Source: a virus
Virus record (IMG/VR): IMGVR_UViG_3300030085_001980
Strand: one strand, 5' to 3'
Length of the DNA stretch: 64,000 nt
Of this stretch, positions 57,797 through 64,000 are shown piece after piece. The position numbers and the translations under genes are program-made. How positions within the stretch are numbered: position 1 is the first letter of the stretch; each line of letters opens with the position of its first letter. The notes beneath the pieces are model-generated. The model saw only the letters and a list, made by a program, of their open reading frames with translations. It made no database searches and was not told where the DNA came from.

Positions 57797-58033
57797 TCAG
57801 GCGTCGAGATCTTGAGCAGCGTCCCACATATCGTAGAACAGATCCCACGCGGGACCATCAGCAACAAAGGAGGAACATTCTGCCTGATCGCATACCCAAT
57901 CGTACGCCATATCGATGTCGGCGTTGTTATCGAGAATGAATTCGTGCAGTCCTTGGATTGCACTAATGAAGGCAGGATCTTGAACGAGAGAGATATATTT
58001 TTTGCCTTGGTCGTTGGTCACTGTGATGGTCAT
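57797..58033 (-). CDS. Acidic hypothetical protein
   Basis: Start MTITVTND, with RBS AAAGGAA upstream. Confidence 0.7.
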   Translation of the reverse strand: MTITVTNDQGKKYISLVQDPAFISAIQGLHEFILDNNADIDMAYDWVCDQAECSSFVADGPAWDLFYDMWDAAQDLDA

Positions 58034-58054
58034 TTGGTTTCCTTTGTTCATACC

Positions 58055-58115
58055 AGTATGATGGCACAGAATCAGGGCGTTTGGGGAGAATGGTGGACAC
58101 TCTCCCGACTGTCAC
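58055..58115 (-). promoter_or_regulatory. Module promoter 2: GTGACAGT-N6-AGTGTCCA plus -10 CATACT
   Basis: Inverted repeat 58094-58115. Confidence 0.7.
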
Positions 58116-58471
58116 TGCCAACCAGTCATTTCACTAGGTTCTGAGCGAGAATCTTCGATGTAGTTTGCATCATCTAGATATGCATTAATTTCATCGTCAG
58201 TGAGCGTACCCTCAGCAAATTGTCTGAACTCGTCATCATCTGCACCGTGATAGTTGTGCACTTCGTCACACAATTCATAGTCAGATAATTGTGCCATTCC
58301 ATCAGTCAAGAGATCATAAACGAGTTGCTCCATTGTCTTATAGTCCATCCCTTCGATCATCCTTTCGGCATAAGTTTCGATGAGATCTTGACGACGATCG
58401 GAGTTGATTTCGAGCACGGGAGACATAGGATTAGGAGAGGAGAAAGGTACAAAAACAGGGTGCATATTCAT
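58112..58471 (-). CDS. Acidic hypothetical protein
   Basis: ORF; start may be MSPVLE. Confidence 0.65.
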   Translation of the reverse strand: MNMHPVFVPFSSPNPMSPVLEINSDRRQDLIETYAERMIEGMDYKTMEQLVYDLLTDGMAQLSDYELCDEVHNYHGADDDEFRQFAEGTLTDDEINAYLDDANYIEDSRSEPSEMTGWQ

Positions 58472-58663
58472 TCGCCTACACCATAATCAGCATACAACCA
58501 TTCAAATTTGGGTGCACTTTCAGGATCAACACCATCTACAACAAACTCACTGAAGATTGCTGCTGCTGTTTCAAAATTATCGTTCTCAACGTGTTGTGCA
58601 ATCATCTTGAGATATTGCTCCGTGAGGATGTCAATACCGATGTCAACATTGTCGTTTTTCATA
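58468..58663 (-). CDS. Acidic hypothetical protein
   Basis: Start set at MKNDNV. Confidence 0.65.
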
Positions 58664-58756
58664 ATCAATGGGGAACGAATGTACGTTGGAAAAATGTTAG
58701 TAGTGGGGAGATCTCGCGGCAGGAGATACAATTACATAGACCCACTATGTGATAGT

Positions 58757-59023
58757 TTAGCAGTACAGGGGCATATACTCAGAGGAAGGCATTTTGTCAG
58801 TATTGAAACCAGTAACCTTAGCACCGTTTGCGATACGTTGGTTCCAATCATATTTTGCTTCGATGCCAAGAACTGTGCTGTAGGATTTCATACCATTAGC
58901 ACGGAAAGTGACACGCTTAACGAAACGTTTGACCGTGACTTTCATACCTTTGGTGTCATCTGCCTCGGCAATAAATGCCTCAGGGAAATAATCAACAATG
59001 GTGGCGGAGTTGGTGACTTGCAT
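58757..59023 (-). CDS. Hypothetical early protein
   Basis: MQVTNSATIVDYFPEAFIAEA..., with RBS AAGGAA upstream. Confidence 0.75.
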   Translation of the reverse strand: MQVTNSATIVDYFPEAFIAEADDTKGMKVTVKRFVKRVTFRANGMKSYSTVLGIEAKYDWNQRIANGAKVTGFNTDKMPSSEYMPLYC

Positions 59024-59030
59024 TGGTTGC

Positions 59031-59105
59031 GTTCCTTTGACTCTTTTAATATACACGGGATTGGTGCCCGTGGGGAGAATAGTGGACAGTTTGTGCAACT
59101 GGCAC
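59031..59105 (-). promoter_or_regulatory. Module promoter 3: GTGCCAGT-N7-ACTGTCCA plus -10 TATATT
   Basis: Inverted repeat 59083-59105; 27-bp block identical to that in module 4. Confidence 0.75.
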
Positions 59106-59108
59106 ACG

Positions 59109-59318
59109 TCAGACGATCTCAGTCCATTTTTTATGGTTTGCTTTGGTGATTCTCCCATCTGCTAACAAGTTGTCACACACATTGCAGAAGACGTTAAACT
59201 TTTCTGTGCGGTCCAATGTATCAACGCCGTTGCAGGTCTTGATAACATCGAGGATCATTTTCTTGGAGTGAACCATTTTGCTGTAGATGGGGAAAGTTGC
59301 AGTGGTCATTGTCATCAA
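59109..59318 (-). CDS. Small protein, paralogue of 59632..59796
   Basis: D..........D.L..DG.IT.......W pattern. Confidence 0.7.
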   Translation of the reverse strand: MMTMTTATFPIYSKMVHSKKMILDVIKTCNGVDTLDRTEKFNVFCNVCDNLLADGRITKANHKKWTEIV

Positions 59319-59650
59319 ACGTACTGAAGTTTACCGACGAGAGTCTTAACCTCAAAATTATTGTAGGCACCCATTGTGATCGTACGATCGTTAGGGAGGA
59401 TGCTCAGATCTTCACGAACTTGCCAGAAGTTGTCTCCTTGAATGACAACAGCGAACCCGAAACATCCAGGCACTGGCATCATAAACAAACCGTGCTTTTC
59501 TGCCTGCTTCGCTGATGCAAATCCACGAGCATTGATGGACCATTCTTTACCTTCAGAATCCTTACCGAAGTAGACACAAATGAAGTCAGTCATTGTTGTT
59601 AATGAAGAGTGAAAAGTGTTGGTGTACGTTATCAGAAAGGGCAGGTCCAA
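59315..59650 (-). CDS. Hypothetical protein (start probably MTDFICV)
   Basis: ORF overlapping the downstream gene. Confidence 0.65.
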   Translation of the reverse strand: MDLPFLITYTNTFHSSLTTMTDFICVYFGKDSEGKEWSINARGFASAKQAEKHGLFMMPVPGCFGFAVVIQGDNFWQVREDLSILPNDRTITMGAYNNFEVKTLVGKLQYV

Positions 59651-59796
59651 GTTTCATATTGCTTCATCGTAATATAACCATCTCGGCACAACATATCGGT
59701 GTAAAGTCCCCAAGCATAACGCATTGCGGGTTTGTCGTTGAGACCTTCGGGGACAGATACTGCCAGAAAGTTTGCTTTTGCTTCGCGTTTGGTCAT
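59632..59796 (-). CDS. 54-aa protein (not in ORF track)
   Basis: MTKREAKANFLAVSVPEGLNDKPAMRYAWGLYTDMLCRDGYITMKQYETWTCPF; RBS AAGGAA. Confidence 0.75.
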   Translation of the reverse strand: MTKREAKANFLAVSVPEGLNDKPAMRYAWGLYTDMLCRDGYITMKQYETWTCPF

Positions 59797-59805
59797 TTGA
59801 GTGGT

Positions 59806-59879
59806 GTTCCTTTGACTCTTTTAATATACACGATTTTGGGGTGCTGTGGGGCAATGGTGTGCACCTTGCCGACCGTCAC
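59806..59879 (-). promoter_or_regulatory. Module promoter 4: degenerate GTGACGGT-N6-GGTGCACA plus -10 TATATT
   Basis: Inverted repeat 59858-59879; 27-bp block identical to that in module 3. Confidence 0.65.
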
Positions 59880-60436
59880 AGCACGCGGGTGCCGAATTGT
59901 TGAATCATTTTGTTTGGGATAGTATAACCCAGACGGGGATCTTTTCTCACCTTGGTTGACTCATACTGTTTTTTGAGGTTAGGTAGAAGAATTGCAATCA
60001 CGTCAAGTGCATCCATTCGCCAGATTTCTTGGATCTTGCCTGACTCATAGCGTGCATAGTAGTGATTAGCATACTTGCCAATCTTTTCCTCTTGAATATA
60101 CTCTACTTGTTTCTCCCAAGTATCCTGAACACTGATACCATTGTACGTTGCTGTTAGTTTCTTGCCAATCGTTGATTTATACTCACAGGGACCATCTTGA
60201 TCGTATGCATCAGCACCACTATAATCGTCGGCAATAGTGTGACCTAAGATGCCTGCCATATGTATTTCACGAGAGCGAGCATAAGAGAAAGGATCACCCC
60301 ACTCATTTGCCTCGCAAAGTGCATACATTTGCTCGAACAGTTGTTGATACTGTTGCTCAGGAGTCATTGTAGTAAGATCAGCAGTTTTATCGCAGAAAGT
60401 GTCAAATGCCTCTCTGATGTTTGTAAGTTCTTGCAT
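59876..60436 (-). CDS. PvuII-like PD-(D/E)xK endonuclease
   Basis: GADAYDQDGPCEYKS resembles the PvuII active site GNDAVDNAGQEYELKS; flanking segments also resemble PvuII (compared from memory). Confidence 0.65.
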   Translation of the reverse strand: MQELTNIREAFDTFCDKTADLTTMTPEQQYQQLFEQMYALCEANEWGDPFSYARSREIHMAGILGHTIADDYSGADAYDQDGPCEYKSTIGKKLTATYNGISVQDTWEKQVEYIQEEKIGKYANHYYARYESGKIQEIWRMDALDVIAILLPNLKKQYESTKVRKDPRLGYTIPNKMIQQFGTRVL

Positions 60437-60459
60437 TTGGGTGAATTGCTTTGACTCTT

Positions 60460-60520
60460 ATAGTATTGCATTAAAAAGCGCCCTCTGGGGGCGCTGGTGG
60501 ACACTTTAACGTACTGTCAC
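60460..60520 (-). promoter_or_regulatory. Module promoter 5: GTGACAGT-N7-AGTGTCCA, embedded terminator, -10 TACTAT
   Basis: Inverted repeat 60498-60520. Confidence 0.75.
60473..60495 (-). terminator. Terminator AGCGCCC-N5-GGGCGCT-TTTT
   Basis: GC-rich stem plus U tract. Confidence 0.75.
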
Positions 60521-60526
60521 ACGGTA

Positions 60527-60931
60527 TCACCAATGGGTGCCAAGGTGAGACATTGTTGATGTAAATGCTGTAAATGTTGCGGCGTCAGTGATATTTGTGG
60601 TGGAAACTCTTGCCGCTGCTTCATCCTTACCGATGTCACCATCAGATGTAACGAATCCCCAAACTTTGACGACTCCACCTCTATCAGCAGGAGCAGTTCC
60701 TACGATCTCGATGTCATCACCAGCAGCACGAGTTGCGAACGCCCAAGTAACTGAAGCGTCATCCGCTTCGATCTTACTTTTCTTCGCTTCCAGTCTAGTA
60801 TCAACACCGAAATTTGCGGTGCCGCTAGATGTCATTCTAGCGTCGATGTTTGCGAGTCTATACTGCTTTGCTTTTGCAACAAGGGCAGTACACAGTTCAC
60901 CCGCTTTGGTTGTTACTGCTTCGCTTGCCAT
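60527..60931 (-). CDS. Late-expressed hypothetical protein (134 aa)
   Basis: ORF with its own TATAAATA promoter; VWGFVTSDGDI motif. Confidence 0.75.
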   Translation of the reverse strand: MASEAVTTKAGELCTALVAKAKQYRLANIDARMTSSGTANFGVDTRLEAKKSKIEADDASVTWAFATRAAGDDIEIVGTAPADRGGVVKVWGFVTSDGDIGKDEAAARVSTTNITDAATFTAFTSTMSHLGTHW

Positions 60932-60959
60932 AACTTTCTAAAAGATTACTTTGCTGATC

Positions 60960-60967
60960 TATTTATA
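60960..60967 (-). promoter_or_regulatory. T4 late promoter TATAAATA
   Basis: Perfect consensus right after the helicase stop. Confidence 0.8.
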
Positions 60968-60968
60968 C

Positions 60969-62213
60969 TCAACGGACATACGAGTCAGGAGCAACACCTT
61001 TGACGAAGATACTATCAACAACACGCTGAAGACGCTCAACAGTATTCTTACCATAGTTTTTGTAGACAGGGACTGTCACAAATCCAGTGGATTTCTTGTA
61101 CATTTGGAGAGCACCAGCAGTGATCTTGCCTGCTTTGATGTTAGCAACGTCGTCGCGATCCATACGAATAACACGACCGATAGTTTGTGCCATCTCAACT
61201 ACATTCAGATTGCGAAGCAATACACAATGAGTGAGACCAGGCACGTTGATACCTTCAGACAGAATACTGTAGTGGAAGATGACAAATTTCTTGGTAGGAT
61301 CAGCACCCCAAGCAGTCAACGTACGGAAGAATTCTTCGCGTCCGACTTTCTTTTTGTTGACAAATGCACCGAACTTAGATGTAACGTGCAGCACATTGTA
61401 ACCACGCTCTGCAAGACGAGCGAGCAAATCTGTCTTGCCAATCATATTGCCAAGCACACGAGAAGATGGCACAGCAACCAGAATCTTTGCAGCGTGTTGT
61501 TCATCGAGATCAGCAATAATACCGTCTACAGTATCAGCATCGTTCTCGTGAGCATTGATCTTGAGTCGCTCAATATCTTGCTCGAAAGGAACAACAGTAG
61601 GAGACACGATGCAACCGTTGTTGATAAGTTCTGGTGCAGGTACGTTCTCAATAACTTGACCGTAAATCTCTGCGTTGTTCATACCCCTGCTATGAGAATT
61701 AGCAGTGCGAGGAGTAGCAGTGAAAAAATAGGTGGAATCAGAGTGAAGACTGCAAGCAGCAGTAGGAATGAAAAAATGGCGTGTGACACTGTTATGTGCT
61801 TCGTCAAAATAAGCACAATCAATATCAATCCCAGAATCGACAACACGGCGCAAAGAATGGTAAGTTGTGAAGATAATTACGGACTCACCTGCTGCACGAG
61901 CAGTGTTAGCGAACAAGGCAATCTTTTCAGACTTAGTGCTGCTGAAATACTTTGTTTCACCACTGTGGCAGTGACAGATGTGGGTCCAAGTGTTAGAAAC
62001 CTGCTGCATAAACTCATCACAGAGTTGATTAGCGAGCAGAATACGAGGAGCGACAACAACAATAGTTTTAGGACCAGTCTTCATCCTGCGGATGCAATCC
62101 TGAATCATAATGAATGTTTTACCGCCGCCAGTAGGTACAATGATTTGACCCTTATCGTGCTTGCTCATAGCAGCGAGAGCACGAACTTGATGGGGGCGAA
62201 GTGTAATGGTCAC
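60969..62213 (-). CDS. SF2 DEAH-box helicase (ResIII-like)
   Basis: PTGGGKT, FDEAH, TATPR, ILSEGINVP, QTIGRVIR. Confidence 0.92.
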   Translation of the reverse strand: MTITLRPHQVRALAAMSKHDKGQIIVPTGGGKTFIMIQDCIRRMKTGPKTIVVVAPRILLANQLCDEFMQQVSNTWTHICHCHSGETKYFSSTKSEKIALFANTARAAGESVIIFTTYHSLRRVVDSGIDIDCAYFDEAHNSVTRHFFIPTAACSLHSDSTYFFTATPRTANSHSRGMNNAEIYGQVIENVPAPELINNGCIVSPTVVPFEQDIERLKINAHENDADTVDGIIADLDEQHAAKILVAVPSSRVLGNMIGKTDLLARLAERGYNVLHVTSKFGAFVNKKKVGREEFFRTLTAWGADPTKKFVIFHYSILSEGINVPGLTHCVLLRNLNVVEMAQTIGRVIRMDRDDVANIKAGKITAGALQMYKKSTGFVTVPVYKNYGKNTVERLQRVVDSIFVKGVAPDSYVR

Positions 62214-62238
62214 AGTGGCGATTGATGTCGATGAATTA

Positions 62239-62295
62239 AATATACAGCAAAAAGACCCCGTGTGGGGTCAGAGTAGACAGTTATTCAACTGGCAG
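62239..62295 (-). promoter_or_regulatory. Module promoter 6: CTGCCAGT-N6-ACTGTCTA, embedded terminator, -10 TATATT
   Basis: Inverted repeat 62274-62295. Confidence 0.7.
62249..62269 (-). terminator. Terminator GACCCC-ACAC-GGGGTC-TTTTT
   Basis: Perfect 6-bp stem plus U tract. Confidence 0.8.
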
Positions 62296-62437
62296 CAGCG
62301 TTCTTCAGCACTGTGATTAAGTGCATTTTACCGTGGAAATATCCAGCAGCAATAACACCTAACGTACACAGTAAGAGTACACCAAGACCAATAAGTTGTG
62401 GGATTGGTGGTGTTAAATCAGACTGATTGTGGTCCAT
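62285..62437 (-). CDS. 50-aa single-TM protein (not in ORF track)
   Basis: MDHNQSDLTPPIPQLIGLGVLLLCTLGVIAAGYFHGKMHLITVLKNAAAS. Confidence 0.7.
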   Translation of the reverse strand: MDHNQSDLTPPIPQLIGLGVLLLCTLGVIAAGYFHGKMHLITVLKNAAAS

Positions 62438-62688
62438 CAGGTAGTGATACTCGTGCCAAAATCTCCTGATTCGATTGCATCCACGACTGACACTGGTGAG
62501 GATTCATACAAGGGAGATTCGTATGTTTTTGATTCGTACAAGGGGAGTCCTTCTTTTTTCCTGTGCAGTCGGTGCAACTCCCAGTACACGATTGCGAGGT
62601 GTTGTTGCAAATAGTTTTTTGTTTCAAGTTCATTAACTCTGCATCTGATTGATTCAAGATCTGCCATCAGTTGTTCTAGTTCAGTCAT
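62437..62688 (-). CDS. Hypothetical protein with 3x 5-aa YES repeat
   Basis: ORF abutting both neighbours. Confidence 0.65.
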   Translation of the reverse strand: MTELEQLMADLESIRCRVNELETKNYLQQHLAIVYWELHRLHRKKEGLPLYESKTYESPLYESSPVSVVDAIESGDFGTSITT

Positions 62689-63253
62689 AATGACATTCCA
62701 AAAGTGTTCCTCGATTCACTATACCTTGTGGCATAGCGTTAAATGATAGCGTACTGCGATGTGTGCCTGGGAGTGTATAGTGTTCCACATAAGATGGGAA
62801 CAAAATTAGATCACCCTTCACACCTTGTGCAGCATATGTCATCTGTTGATTACTGATGACACATATACCTGACTGAGCATTGATTGCAGGCGAATCAAAG
62901 TACGTTGGTGAGCAATGTGTCAGATATAATATACCTGACACGAAACTATTCGGATGTTTGTGTGGGTGGTGTTCCTCGTGTGGTTCACTTACATTAATCC
63001 ACGACAATGTGGGTTTGAAGCGATCACACTGAAACTGATACAAATCTCTATAATCATCCAGTGCCACCTGAATTTCGTTGAATAGTCTAACGAATCGTGG
63101 TAGATCGTGGAGATGAGTGTTTGCTGTTTGCTTGAGATTTCCGACATTGTACTTAGTATCAATGGCGTAATCTACGACTGATTCTACAACTTCAGGATTG
63201 ATAGTGTAACGTACAATATCTGTTGAAAGTGCAGAAGTTACTACCCTGTCCAT
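62681..63253 (-). CDS. 2OG-Fe(II) oxygenase (TIGR02466-like)
   Basis: HHPHKHPNSFVSGILYL, GDLILFPSYVEH, RSTLSFN. Confidence 0.88.
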   Translation of the reverse strand: MDRVVTSALSTDIVRYTINPEVVESVVDYAIDTKYNVGNLKQTANTHLHDLPRFVRLFNEIQVALDDYRDLYQFQCDRFKPTLSWINVSEPHEEHHPHKHPNSFVSGILYLTHCSPTYFDSPAINAQSGICVISNQQMTYAAQGVKGDLILFPSYVEHYTLPGTHRSTLSFNAMPQGIVNRGTLLECHYD

Positions 63254-63393
63254 CAGAATTTAGCGTTGACACCAATAATTTGTGCATTAGGATTTCGTGC
63301 CATTGCTACCTGTCTCGCCTCTTGATAATCGCGGGCGTGTACTTCTTCTTTAATTACTTTGCCAGCGATGAACATACTTACCTCGCATTTCAT
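63253..63393 (-). CDS. 46-aa protein (not in ORF track)
   Basis: MKCEVSMFIAGKVIKEEVHARDYQEARQVAMARNPNAQIIGVNAKF; overlaps both neighbours. Confidence 0.75.
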   Translation of the reverse strand: MKCEVSMFIAGKVIKEEVHARDYQEARQVAMARNPNAQIIGVNAKF

Positions 63394-63590
63394 AGGAGAT
63401 CTTCATCCATTTTTAAGTGCTCGGAAATAATACGCTCAATGTCAGCATTTGTCAACCCGTTGAGCATTGCCCAACGTGGATCAGTCTCGTCCCAATCAAT
63501 CACGATTGATCCATCTTCGTTGACAGTGATATTCAGACCATCATCAGGATCCGAATCCAGATCCACTGGTTTTACTTCGTTTTGCATCAA
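63390..63590 (-). CDS. Acidic hypothetical protein
   Basis: ORF; IVIDWDETDPRW. Confidence 0.7.
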   Translation of the reverse strand: MMQNEVKPVDLDSDPDDGLNITVNEDGSIVIDWDETDPRWAMLNGLTNADIERIISEHLKMDEDLL

Positions 63591-63780
63591 TAACCTCTAT
63601 TGTTTCGATGTATTGTTTGAAGTTCCACCACGCAGTTTGTACGTCAGCGTAATCTTCAAGGATCTTAACTGATCCATCAGTGCACCACACTTTGTACCAA
63701 TTCCTGTCGTAAGGTTTGTCAGAAGTGAGTGTAAAGTAACGGTCGTCGGTGGGATCAATGTTCTGATTCACGGAGATCAC
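63544..63780 (-). CDS. Hypothetical protein
   Basis: ORF; SDKPYDRNWYKVW. Confidence 0.7.
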   Translation of the reverse strand: MISVNQNIDPTDDRYFTLTSDKPYDRNWYKVWCTDGSVKILEDYADVQTAWWNFKQYIETIEVIDAKRSKTSGSGFGS

Positions 63781-63940
63781 TGAGTTGTTGTTCTAGGGTG
63801 TCAATCCTAGCACATAAACTAGAGAGAAGTATGGACAACTCCTCCCTATTTACTTTGCCAGAGATGTAATAACCATCGTCGCGTACCAATAATTTAAGGA
63901 TGTCACTTTTGTTCACTATTTCAACTCCATAATATCCCAA
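63755..63940 (-). CDS. Hypothetical protein
   Basis: ORF; start uncertain. Confidence 0.55.
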   Translation of the reverse strand: MGYYGVEIVNKSDILKLLVRDDGYYISGKVNREELSILLSSLCARIDTLEQQLSDLRESEH

Positions 63941-64000
63941 TTAGGGTCGTCAGGTGTATCGATCCAGAACCAATACTCTCTGTTTGCCTCACTAGAGACA

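Noticed and set aside
59654-59854. 66-aa minus-strand ORF in the track
   Set aside because: Starts inside the promoter element; the overlapping frame 59632-59796 has an RBS and a paralogue
60951-62225. 424-aa plus-strand ORF spanning the helicase
   Set aside because: In-register antisense frame that stays open only because the helicase avoids TTA/CTA/TCA codons; no motifs, promoter or RBS noticed
57259-62295. Module palindromes as a CRISPR array
   Set aside because: Repeats are short and degenerate, and are separated by 0.6-1.8 kb of coding sequence rather than uniform spacers
1-64000. tRNA, rRNA or photosynthesis AMGs (psbA, hli, petE)
   Set aside because: None recognised by eye; tRNAscan-SE or Infernal would be needed to exclude small RNAs

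Overview
A 64-kb segment of a T4-like marine cyanomyovirus genome (GC in the low-to-mid 40s %, so a Synechococcus-type host is likely). Every supportable gene is on the minus strand. Reading 64000->1: (i) an early/accessory region (~55-64 kb) of short ORFs organised in modules, each headed by a conserved inverted-repeat promoter element, including an SF2 helicase, a PvuII-like endonuclease, an HNH endonuclease and 2OG-Fe(II) oxygenases; (ii) a non-coding junction at ~55.25-55.5 kb with divergent sigma70 promoters and DnaA-like boxes; (iii) the virion block: NlpC/P60, a 1161-aa structural protein, PAAR, gp25, gp6, a giant 6481-aa gp7, a YHYH protein, gp9-like, gp8, a DUF4815 protein, a long tail fibre, gp13, gp14, gp15, gp16; (iv) an accessory insert between gp16 and the start of gp17. 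No tRNA, rRNA, CRISPR array, integrase or reverse transcriptase was seen. Family names come from motif recognition, not from database searches.
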